A stretch of DNA of 64,000 nucleotides from Lepidodermella squamata. Taxonomy: Eukaryota > Animalia > Gastrotricha. Under the pieces are notes generated by a model. That model was not told where the DNA came from and made no database searches. It saw only the letters and a program-made list of their open reading frames with translations. The stretch spans positions 1 through 64,000 of the forward strand of contig JBLDXI010000031.1 of assembly GCA_047495785.1 (NCBI GenBank), given 5' to 3'. Position 1 is the stretch's first letter. Each line of letters opens with the position of its first letter. Below, piece after piece: positions 35,882 through 47,224 of this stretch. The position numbers and the translations under genes were made by a program.

Positions 35882-38546
35882 ATGGAATATTGCGCTGAAT
35901 ATGCGAAAAGCGGCCGATCGCGGTGTCGAGTTTGCCGCGATTTGATCGATATCGGCGAGCTGCGGCTCGGCCGCATGGTTCAATCGATGTTTTTCGACGG
36001 CAAAATCCCTCAATGGCATCATTTCGATTGTTTCTGGAAACGCAAATCAAACTTCTCGAATCTCGAATCAACTCGCGACATTGGCGGTATCAGTGATTTA
36101 GCACCAGCCGATAGGCAAAAAATCGAGCTGCGCCTCAAAATCGAACCTCGCCACGATGATAACCTAATTTTCGACTACTCGAAAAGCAACCGGTCAAAGT
36201 GTAAAATTTGCGACTCGCCGATTCAGATGAGCGAATTTCGAGTCGGAAAAATGGAACCGACGTCGTCACGCGTCGTTTGGCACCACGCCAAGTGTTTGGA
36301 AAACGACCTACGTCACGCTTCAGATATCACCTCAATTCCTGGCTACAATCAACTGAAGCCAGAAGACCGTGAAATCGCGTTGAATTTGATCTCGCCGCAT
36401 CGAAAGCGACTGTCAAGCGATGCAAATTCAGCCATGCGTGACCAACACGATTTACTCCTCGAGATTCAAGACCAGCTTGAAGAGGCAACGCATGAAAAGT
36501 TGAGTTTACTCGATTTTACGGTGATTCTAGCTGAAAATGACCAGTTTGTTCCCGATGCGTCACGCTTGGTTGCGCATCTCGCGGATTGCCTAGCTTTTGG
36601 CGCGTTACCAAGGTGTCCGAGCTGCAAAATCGGCCGCCTGATGCTTAGTGATGATGCGAGTGGCTACCAATGCCAGGGTGATCGAAGCGGCGGCGAGCTA
36701 CGCTCATGTTCCTTCGTAACCCGAAACCCGATGCGAATTCCTATGATGATTCCGAACGATGACCGCTTCAAACAAATCGAACTTTTCTCCACCTACAAAT
36801 TTGTTGACCGAACTCGTCTTTTCGAAGATAGCCCAGCTACGCCGAAGCGAGCGAGGACAAAGTTTCAATCCTCGGATCCTGAGCTTGAAGGTAAAATCCC
36901 AAATTTCGGGTTTTTTCGGTAATTTTTCCAAACAATTTATAGGCTTAAAAAAAGAGGCTCATATCTACAAGGACGCTGATGGGACAAGTTGGCAGTGCCT
37001 TCTTCACTCAGTTTCGATTACTATGGGCCGAAATTCGTTCTACAAGATTCAGCTTTTCGAATCTAACAAAAAGTGATGCACTAAAATTTCCGTGAAACTA
37101 TTTTGAAATTCCAGCTTTTAGAGATGCGTGGTGGGTTTTGCGAAGCTGGGGCCGGATTGGAACCGATATCGGCAGCTACACTATGGATAAATTCCCGAAT
37201 GCAGCATCAGCCGAACGAAAATTCGAGCAATTTTTCTTCGAGAAAACCGGTCGTTTATGGGAAAAGGGCAAAGGCCAGTTGTCGTTAGCCGGGCAAGCAA
37301 CTGCCTTCAAATACCAGCCTATCCCGATCTCAGATAATTCGAATGAACCTATCGATATTTCGACCCTGACGCAATCGAATAAAGACGACGAAGAGCTGGG
37401 CGATAAGAAAGCTTCACCCTCAGTTCGAGACCTTGTCGCTAAAATGTTCGACCCTGAAGAGGCGAAGCGAGAACTTCGCGAGGATCTTGGCCTGGATGCC
37501 GATCAAATGTCCCAAATTTTGGCGAATCAGCGTGACGGGCAGCGGCTTCTCGAACGAGCCGATCATCTTCTCAAAGATTTGCTCAACCAAATCGGCGAAG
37601 AAAAGCAGATGCACTTCGTCGAACAAGCTTCGAGCGCGTTCTACGCTCTTATCCCGCACAATTTCGGCCTTGACCGGCCTACAGCGTTGGACAACAGGCG
37701 AATTATTCGAGATAAAATGGCTCTAATGGCTCGTCTCCATCGGCTTTACATTACTCATCAGATGGGTCGAGACGCTGGTCAGCTTTACGAAGCTTTAAAC
37801 ACGAGAATCGAAGAGCTGGAGTTCAAAATTGATGGCAATGAAATCGAGTTAATTGATGCGTATCTGCGAAATTCGACTCGAGATTTCGAAGGGTCAATCA
37901 AAATTCGATCGATTTTTCGCGTCGATCGAGAAGCTGATGCGGCGTTTGGTCATCGCTTTGTTCACGCAAGTTTTTCTAACCATAAATTGCTGTGGTTTGA
38001 GCATGCTTCGTTGGCTGATTTTCCGGCGATTTTACGTCATGGTCTGCATGATTATTCGCATGTTGATCGATTTTACGATTCGGCGATGCCGTGCGTTGAA
38101 AAGGCTCGGTCAGCCAAAGTTACCCCGAAATCTCTTCTGCTTTTGCTAGCCGATGTTGGTATGGGTAATTGCTACTTCTTCAATAAGCCTATCGACTATT
38201 ACCCGTCAAACAATCTCATTCCTCCTGACGTAAGTAGCTAAAAATACTTAATCGTTTCTGTTCCTATATAACTCTTATTTATTTATTAACATAGAATTAT
38301 CATTCTATTCGATTTGTTGGCACCGTATGTCCGAATCCTTGCGAGTCGCGTTGGATCACCATGGATAAGGATTCTAGTTGCTTGGAGTATCAATTGGAAG
38401 TCCCAGTTGGTCGGTCGATTTCAGTGGAGGAATCGTCACAACGCGGCGAGCTTCTGGATGGTGGAAATCGTAGCGACTACAGCATTTATATTGCTGGGGT
38501 CAATCAAATCAGTTTACGATATCTGGTGTCTGTAGATGTCAGCTAA
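35882..38546 (+). CDS. PARP1 paralog with degenerate catalytic domain (Zn1-Zn2-Zn3-WGR-HD-pseudoART; no BRCT), 4 exons
   Basis: EYAKSGRSRCRVC, DYSKSNRSKCKIC, ADCLAFGALPRCPSC, RSWGRIGT, FYALIPHNFG. The catalytic motifs read LLWFEH, RFYDS and RSDYSIY. Confidence 0.88.
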
Positions 38547-38736
38547 ACTGAGTACCTGGAAACTCTGATATATTGAAACTGACAATGCTTTTTCTTATAT
38601 TATACCTTTAAATTGAATTCCTAAGCGAACTTATAAACGAAGTTCGAACTACTTCTTGAAATAAATTGCACTGAATTACTGAAACGTGGTTTTCTTTTGA
38701 ACAAAAACGTGATTTTCAAGGTGAGAGCTTTTTTAA

Positions 38737-39135
38737 CCCTTAGCCGCCGGCGCAATGACGTGTTAACTCGAGCACCTTTCAGAAAATCCCAGAAAATCAA
38801 GAAGAGGCAAAAATCAAATTCTGAGTCGGCAGAAAGTCTTACATTTAGCCTTAGATTGAAAGCCGAACCTCTATTTCAGAATAAATTTACCTGGGTTGCC
38901 GTTGCTATGACGTGTTAACGCGTTTTCATGACGTGTTAACGAGTTTTGACGTTATCTCACTATTTTCGACCTGCTCAGAATGGCTTTGAAAATTTGGATT
39001 TTCAGGGAGTGCTTGTTTCTTGCTATTGATTTATCATAATTTATGACGCAACAATGGGTTCGATAGCCCAAATCCTCCGACCACGGTGAATTTTCTCCGG
39101 AATTAACGCGTGTACACGTCTTCGGCAGCTAAGGG
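38737..39135. mobile_element. Non-autonomous piggyBac-type element
   Basis: TTAA on both sides (38733-38736, 39136-39139). TIRs CCCTTAGCCGCCG / CGGCAGCTAAGGG, with repeated ATGACGTGTTAAC motifs inside. Confidence 0.85.
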
Positions 39136-39189
39136 TTAACTTTCAGCACAAAATTGTGAACCTTAAAGAACTGATGATCCTAGTATCAA

Positions 39190-39880
39190 TTATGGCAAAT
39201 TAGTACCGATATTCTGGTCTATAATCGCGAAAATAGTTCTAACAATTTTGGATAAAACAGGGGTAATTTCGGACAAAGAATTTAAATGTGCTACGATAGT
39301 TACGTCCGAAACCCGATGCCAACCCTCCTTAAAGGCAGTCGGACATGGCTCGAGCACGAGACTAGCTAACCAGAGCACAGAGGGGCAATGCGCGGGCACG
39401 TCTGTTGTTTTCGGTCTAAAACTCCTCGCTATACCAGCGTTAATACGCATGTGCCCTAGCTCCAAGGTAGCTTTTTGGTCGTAGAAAGATAGAAGGTCCG
39501 TCACATTCTGATCGACTCGAGCGCGGCGCGGAAAATAACTAGTTAAACCGCGATCTGCCCAAGCGCATGTCCAAGCGAGACTAACAGTATAGTAAGCTGC
39601 ATACCTGGGGAGCTCTGTACAGCATCAGGAACGAAAAGGACCGGTTTCACGGACAATTTCGGTGAGTGCAGCATGAACTTATTGACGAAGCTTAAGTTAA
39701 TTCTCTTTTCTCACAAGAATAAGAATTTAGCTCTTTTGACCGCATTGTTTAAAGCAGTTAATGTGCAAGCTGACGGACAGGCTATGACCTGAGCCCTAAG
39801 CACATTCCCAAAATCAAGCGTCCAGCTTCCATCAAGGCTGCCATCCTACACAGCCATCGCAATCGCCCTCGTTTCCCGTG
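39190..39880 (-). mobile_element. Possible degenerate 3' end of a non-LTR retrotransposon ORF2
   Basis: Broken, intronless, GC-richer reading frames with HMRINAGIAR...HCP(LC)...PCP, resembling a C-terminal CCHC region. Confidence 0.35.
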
Positions 39881-40329
39881 CCGAAAAAAAGAAAAAAACT
39901 AGTCGATGAATAAAAAAAAACCTGCGATTAATTTGCAAATTATTATATTGTTTTAGTTATACTGAAATGCGTAAAAGTTTATTTTAGTATCGAATAATTT
40001 AAGTTCGCTGTTTGCTTATTTTCAAAGGTCGAATGAATGATTTTTAAAACTGCAACTCAAGCGCGCCTTTCCGCTTCACTCCGGTTGTTCCGCTGTTCTG
40101 GTTGCAAGTTGCAAGCGCATATCCCAACTACCTAATGCCTACTGCCTGCAGCCCGCCGCAACAGGGCAGGGAAGGCGGAAGAATTTAGGCGCCGGGTTTT
40201 GGTGGCTGGGGAAGTCCGAAAACCTGCAACCTTCAGAGGGCGAGTGTGCCGAAACTAAACCCTAACCCACTCATCGCTGGCGCAATTACTTCCCGATTTT
40301 TCCACTTCACGGAGGCGGCCATTCATCTT

Positions 40330-41450
40330 AAACCGTTAATCTGTAGATCTTTCATTCGCTACTTATATCCTCATCTGGGGTCTGGGGCTTATAGGTTTGA
40401 CATAAGACATAAGCGCATCATGGGGTTCCATATCACCAACTGGACGATTCCACTCCAATAGCAGGGAGAATCGATGATAAGTGCCCTCGCACCAAAACAT
40501 GTTCACTCAGTTCCCACATGGTGCAGGGTATGCCACAAGCAAATCAAGCGAATAACCCCTGACCCTCCTTGAGTTTGTTGAACGGTCGGAAAGCACAGAT
40601 TGGGGTGAGACGCAGGTAGAATAGCTTCAAATCGCTGGGGAGATCAGCTCTCATAAAATCACCAAAGAAGCGTCCTTGCGCTCAGAAGAGTTTATCGTCG
40701 TAAGCCTCGTGGTATAGTTTGCCTGTGTTCTAGCGGTCGACCTCTTCGAGTCTTTAAGTGACAGTGGAGCGCGTCGACTCAACGGCGAAACTTTTCAGGC
40801 TTCTCAATCCATATTTTGTTACACGAACGCCGTTCCATCGCCACCAGATCATTTTGGCGGTCGTGAGCTACAATCATCAGTTGTTGCTGAAATTGAACAA
40901 TGCTTTCCCGCTGCTTGCAGCTTTCCTCTTCTAGAGCCACCACTCTGGGGAGCATAGAGGCTGAAAACTCGATCAACACCCCTAACGTTTGAGCCATCGG
41001 GTTTGTTTGGTTGCTGGGATCTGCTTTCAAGAAATCTCCCGCAGCTTTCATTTTTTGGTTTAGCGATGCGTCGCCAGGGTCCATTGCGCCAACGTAGTCG
41101 TGGTCAATCATACTTATGGGTTTTGACTTACCCGCTATTCACAATAAACGTAGGTAATCAAAGCCGTATCAGTTTTCATCGATAACAGAAATCTGATGGT
41201 CCGGAATCGCCTCCTTCAATCGAAGTGCCCTCCAAGAGATCGCCGCTCTCAGATGTCTCCCTTTCAGACGGAGATGGTTCACTCTCAGAGGGCACCAACA
41301 TAACCCTAACCTCAGCCTGGAAGCCGCGTTTAACCTTAACCCGCTGAGAGGGCAAAACTACCAACGAAACTGGAAACGGCCGGAGTACGGAATGAAATAT
41401 AAGGAACTGCCTTGCATTACCGCAGAGAGAGCTGTTAGCTGTTGAAGACA
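40330..41450 (-). mobile_element. Possible degenerate retroelement ORF1/gag remnant
   Basis: Stop-interrupted frames: an acidic Ser/Glu segment (41176-41451) and a coiled-coil segment RVVALEEESCKQRESIVQFQQQL (40779-41111). No splice structure seen. Confidence 0.3.
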
Positions 41451-41681
41451 TCTACTCTCATATTGGGATTTGTTCGTGTTTAATCGCCATAACTGATTCT
41501 TGGTGTTCTTTATCTGTGCGTTTTGCATTGTTCTTTTCACTGGAAGGCCATGGGTAGTAAGTAGTAAATTAGAACATAGAGCACCGATCGTGACCTCTGT
41601 CTCGGGCTTTTTCATTTCATTTGTTTTATTACGGTTGTATCACTTCAACTAGGTTTTCATTAATTTCTTGTATTTGCGAAA

Positions 41682-42041
41682 ATGAGTACTGATGATAAGA
41701 AAAAGTTGAGAGCCGAAAAGTTCGGTGCGATCGAGCCTGAACCAGCTAAAGCATCCACAGAAAAGAAAGTCGAGAGGTCGCAACGTTTCGGTACGGATTT
41801 GCCTACAGATGTCAAGAAAAAGACTCGAGCTGAACGGTTTGGGTCTGCAGCGAACGGCAAAGAAGCAGCAGCACCTGAAGCTACTCCAGAGGTGAAGGAG
41901 AAGCGTGATAAGCGCAAGGAACGCTTCGGCGCCGTGGAAAACGGCAGTGATAAGCCTGCTGCAACCGCGCCTGCAGATCCTGAAGTTGAAGAGAAGCGAA
42001 AAAAGCGCTCAGAGCGCTTTGTCGAGGCTCAAAGCTCTTGA
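41682..42041 (+). CDS. SARNP/Tho1/MOS11-like mRNA export factor lacking the SAP domain
   Basis: 119-aa ORF with five RxxRF(G)-type motifs (RAEKFG, RSQRFG, RAERFG, RKERFG, RSERFV); AATAAA at 42140. Confidence 0.8.
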   Translation: MSTDDKKKLRAEKFGAIEPEPAKASTEKKVERSQRFGTDLPTDVKKKTRAERFGSAANGKEAAAPEATPEVKEKRDKRKERFGAVENGSDKPAATAPADPEVEEKRKKRSERFVEAQSS

Positions 42042-42190
42042 ATCATCGATTGTTTGCTCGTTTAGCATTGATGTTTTTTCGTTTCTCTATCGTTTCCGTG
42101 TGTTATGTGTAAATATCTTGTATCATTGCTACCAATCACAATAAAAAAGTCAACGTTTTATAATCAAATTTGATTTATAGGTCGCAAGGA

Positions 42191-45100
42191 ATGCATTCTA
42201 AAATGACGTCTCAAATGATGATGCAGACGAAGAAGGTTACCGCAGTTGCTGAACGTCGGCTTGACACTCAAGCGATTGTTCAAGGCAATATTGAAGAATT
42301 GAATCGTTACATCCAGCAGAACGAGTATCATTTGAAGTTGAAAGATCACGAGTTACGCCAAGCTGAGACTCATGTGAAGACGCTGAAAGATGAGTTGCAG
42401 AAGGCGCAGATTATGAACCAGCAGTTGGCGTCGAAAATGCAGGTTGAAGAGCGAGCGCGAGCTGATATTGTCGCGAGAACTCAAACTGTCCAACAAATGT
42501 ATTCGCGCTTGCTGGAAAATGCGAAAACTCTGGAGATTTCTTTCGCTAAAAGTTGATTACTCGCATTTCATCGTCGATTTTCTATGATTTTTCTTTCTGA
42601 TATTAGCTGAAGAGACTTGTAAATCAGCCTTAAAGAAAAACGATGAGCAAGAAGATCGAATTTTGAACCTCGAAAGTCGATTAGCCGAGCTTACTGAACT
42701 TGCTCTCCAGAAGGACGCTGAATACAAAAGTCGAGGTTGAAATTTTGTTAAATTTCGAGAATCGGAAATAGTTTTTCTAAAATATTTAGTCACCGATCTC
42801 AAGCGTGAGATGGAAGAGAACCAGGCGCATTTCGAATCTGTTACCAGTGATCTCAATCGATCGCTTGATTGCCGCCTAGAAGAAATCGAAGAACTGAGGC
42901 GCCAAAGGGAAAAATTGGATCTCGACCTGACAGAGAAGATCAAACAAATTGAAGCTGTATTGCTAGAAAATGGTCTAAATTTTGCAAAATTCTTCGTTAT
43001 TTGGATATCATCGCATATTTTTTACAGGTTCTCTATTGAAAAGAATCGAGGCTTTGGAAAATTTGAAGCAAGAAATCGAGTTGAAACTGAAAACTCAAAT
43101 CGAGCAATATGAAGCTTTGGACGAATCATTGAAAGCTACCAAAGCCGAGTTGGAAAAAAGCGAGGCGAATCTTTCGGCCAAAGAAGCAGAATTGGAATCC
43201 GCCAGCCGGCTGATTGCTGAACTCGAGACTCACATTGCTGATCTCAAGATAAAACTGGCTGAAAAATCGGACGAATCAGATAGCTTGAAAGCGAAGTTGT
43301 CCGACCAGATCGTTGAAACGGAGACAATTGGCGAATTAGCGTACAATTTCGCTTCGAAAATCGACTCCCTTGATCTCAATTTGACCGAAAAATCTCGCGA
43401 GAATGATTCGCTGAAAACTGATATTGCGACGCGTGAAGCCGAAGTCGAAGTTTTGAAGACAGAACTTGTTAATGAGAAATCGGCCCTGTCAGATTTGCTG
43501 GCGCGATTTGATGAAACGGATCGAAAATTGAATGGTTTAATGAGTGAGCGAGATGATTTGCTGAAAAACTTGGAAACGAAGGAAAAGAATGTCGCCGAGC
43601 TCAAGTGAGTTTTTTTGTAATAGGGCTCGAAATTCAGAAATACGTTCACAGAAATGTGAAAAATTCAGACTTTTTTTAGTGTCAGTGATAAAATAACTCT
43701 TTAGATTTTTTATGCTATTCTGATATTTCATTTTGTTTCAATTTAGATCCAGCATTGAAATTCTGCAAGTTGAAATCGAGGCTAAACAAGTGAAGATCGA
43801 TACGAGTGAAACAATGATCAAGGTAACAATTTTTGCGATTACGACCCATCTTAGTTTTTGATCTTTGAAAAATGTGATGTTGGAAGATTTTAAGTATAAA
43901 GATAGTTCAGCCACCTGAATTTAAACCGGTTTAATATTTTAAAAACCGATGAAGTTCGTAAATTGGGCGGTTCCCATTTAAGGATTAACATTTAATGTGG
44001 TTTCAAGTTTCAGTTTGCGCTTGGTGCCAATTTTCAAAATTTGGTCTAGCTAACAAATTATGTGAATATTGAAATCAGCGAAAATTGTTCGTTGAGCTTC
44101 TAATAATTTGTTCCACAAAACGCCGCCTTTCCGCATTAATTGTGTGAAGAGTGATGTAATGCGTGCGTAATGCATACGGTATACGATAGTGAATCGGTAG
44201 TATAAAGCTAGATGGGTGTATTAATCATCGGTTGTTATGCGCACTACTCCCTCGCACCGCCCTATTTACTTGTGTAGTCAGGATGGCCGAGCGGTCCAAG
44301 GCGCTGCGTTCAGGTCGCAGTCAGTTTCTACTGGCGTGGGTTCGAATCCCACTTCTGACACAATGTTTTTTCCTCTTTTTTATTTTTTATTTTTTATTTT
44401 TAGAATCTCGATGCTAAAATTGTGGAATTAACATCTGCATTGGCTTCTGCTAAAAATGAGGCGAAGTCATGCGAAGAAAAATGGCTGGGCGAAAGGGCTG
44501 ATTTTTTGGAAAAAATCCGGCTAGCTGAATTGGAAGCCACCGAAGCAAAACAGGAAATTTCAGCCCTTCAAGGCGCGAAATCGAAAATTGACCAGCAATT
44601 AACAGCTCAACGCTCTGAAACAAAAAAGGCCGAAGTCGCTCGTAAAGCTTTGCAGGAAGATCTAGAGAAGAAAAACGATGAAATCACGGCTTTGCGTCAG
44701 GAATTGGACGAAATGAAGGCGGATTCTGAGAAAACGGCTGGAAAATCGGATGAAAAACTGAAGAAAGCCCTGGAGAAACTGCATCAAGTCGAGGCTAATT
44801 ACTCGAAAAAATCGAAAGAAAACGACGAAATTTCGTCCGAATTATCAAAAATTCGAGACGATCTGAGTGAGAAATCTGATGAAATCGATAATTTAAAATC
44901 GAAAATCACCGATCTGGAGGAAAAATTGACGAAAGAGCGAAAAGCGGCGAAGGCTGCTGAGAAAAAATTGGAGGAGAAAGAGCGTGAATTTGCGGCGACG
45001 TTGGAGGCGGAGAAGGAGCAGCTGCGATCGCGATCTTACGTCAAATCAACGGAATCTGTGTTGCAGGAGGGTCCGCAGCAAGAAACCGAGCGAACGCCGG

Positions 45101-46757
45101 CGTTTCAAAAGCCGCAACGCGCCAATATAGTCGTAAGTATAGCTGATGAAAACGGGTCTTTTTATGAGAGGAAAAGTTTAAAAAAGAGCTCATAATTCCC
45201 AAATATTTAGGTTCTACCAAATTTCTTCCTCTAAAAAACTTCAAAGGAAGAAATATCTCTAATTATTTCTGTTTGCTCTATCAGGTTTTTGGAAATTTGG
45301 AGCTGACGTAAAAAAATCGAGTAAATCGCCATTTACATGAAAAAAATCGCGATATGCAAAATTTCTTACACGCAGATTGAGGTGTTAATTTAGATTTTTA
45401 GAATTTACGAATTTTTTTAGTATTCTATTTGAATTTCAATTTGATTTCAATGGAAACTTCTATGAAAAATTCTGCTTTTCCGAAGATGAAATGAGAGCTA
45501 AGGAACCCTGAAGGAACAAAACTCTATTTCAAATTTCAATTGTTCTAATATTCGGGTTTCAGGTATTTATAGTTACCAATTTTGGGAATTCGAACCGCCC
45601 TAATTTGAAAAAAATTCTGAATTTTGCACATATCTACAAAGTCTCAATTTATTTTCTTGAAAATTACCGTTTTGAATTCTTTTTACAATTCAAATAAAAT
45701 GTCTGATTGTTTTCAAGTTTATTTTTGTTAACATGGTATTTTTACTCTATTTTGAAGGAAAAAGCTCCTGTTATCATTACTGTCGGAAAATCCACGAGTA
45801 AAGAGCCGCTGGAGGTTTTCACGCAGCAAGTCGCTCCTCGTGCTAGCCGCCCAGCCACGAAGAAAGAAACGCCCGTCAAATCGCTTCGAACCCCAGTCAA
45901 TCGGAGCGCGTCGTCAGTCAACCGCCTGGAACGCATGGAAACTGAATCGATGACTACCGCCAGTGTCAGTATGGACGAGGACGACGATTCAACGTACTCG
46001 CCTAGCGCGAAGAAAAAGGGCCGCAAAAGCGCCCCGGCTGCGATTTCAGTGCCGAAAACGCCAATTAAGAAGCCAGCGCCTGATTTTACATCGCCTGTTA
46101 TTGCTTCGAAAACGTTGATCCCGGCCAAAGTGCAGGCTAAACCAAATGCGAAACAACCCAAGGGAGACAAGGTAAAACATTTTGCGTTAGAAGTCTTGGA
46201 AAAATTAATATTTTAACATTATTTTATGGAATATTTTAATCCTTGACCTCTCATTTGATTTTCACGATTAATTTGTTTTGAAATTTCGGTACTAGGTAGC
46301 AAAAAATATCAGATTTATTTGGTGCATCATTCGCGATCAATATAGGAAAAAGCCGAAATCGAAAAAATTTAATGCTGGAAACTCAATTTCAGTGATGCTA
46401 ATATGTAGACTTTTTAATTAAAAGTACGCTGAATTTCATAATTTCATAATTTCTATTGACCTCAATCTTCGGATATACCAAACTTTAAATTTGTTTTCAC
46501 AAAAATTATTGACGCGTATTTTGTGTGTTCTTTTGTCTAAGGCTGAAACGAAGTCCGCCGCAGTTGCTAAACCAGCTCTGCCTCGTAAAACACCCGAAAA
46601 GAAACCGAAACCAGAGGCGAAACGCGCGACCGACAACGTTGGTGGCGGGCCGAAGCGAATCTACCTAAACGACCCGAAAACGGCTGGGCAGCCAGTGAAA
46701 CCGGCTGAGAAGGAAATCGAAGATCCGTTTGCGTTTCTTGACGACTGTCCGTTTTGA
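42191..46757 (+). CDS. Long coiled-coil protein, probable synaptonemal complex transverse filament protein (SYCP1-like), ~8 exons
   Basis: The N-terminal NIEELNRYIQQNEYHLKLKDHEL...LQKAQIMNQQLASKMQVEE...DIV...MYSRLLE lines up without gaps with my recollection of the SYCP1 CM1 motif. Long heptad region, then a basic S/T-P-rich tail ending DPFAFLDDCPF. Confidence 0.65.
44277..44360 (+). tRNA. tRNA-Leu(CAG), intronic
   Basis: GTCAGGATGGCCGAGCGGTCCAAGGCGCTGCGTTCAGGTCGCAG...GGTTCGAATCCCACTTCTGACA: full cloverleaf with long variable arm, followed by a T-run terminator at ~44366. Confidence 0.97.
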
Positions 46758-47224
46758 ACGGGTATCATCTATCTATACCTATTCGGAATTTTTTTCGAAC
46801 CAAGACTTGAATCAATCATATTGTGCTCAAAACCCGAACAGCGTTAATGTTGTGATTTTCTGAATTTTTTTCATTTTTCGTTTTCCAATTAATTACCTGC
46901 ATTGAACTTGAAAATAATTTTCCCAGTTTGTTTCACTACTTGTTACGATGCAAAGACATGTAAAATTCAAAACTCAAGGTGCCGAAAAGTCTTATTGTTC
47001 AAATTATATCTATACTTATTCTGGATTATAAATTCAGCTAATAAAGTTTTGTTCTGTTTGCGCATTGCAAATCAAAAGGTTCTTAAATAGGTTTGATATT
47101 CGTAAGTTCCGAAACATGATTTTTCGATGAAGAATTTTCGGCTGGTCTTGCCAGCAGGTTCAAGGTCATTCGGTTGGGTCTTCGATATTGCCACTCATTC
47201 ATGCAAAATTAATACAATGCAGCA

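Noticed and set aside
39165-39245. Hammerhead ribozyme (CTGATGA...GAAA)
   Set aside because: I could not build convincing stems II and III or a cleavage triplet.
40205-40270. RNase P/MRP or telomerase RNA (GGGGAAGTCCG; CTAAACCCTAACCC)
   Set aside because: No matching CR-V element on the same strand and no recognisable pseudoknot or CR4/5; the motifs are too short.
44232-44431. Small ORFs of 61 and 64 aa
   Set aside because: They are translations of the tRNA-Leu gene.
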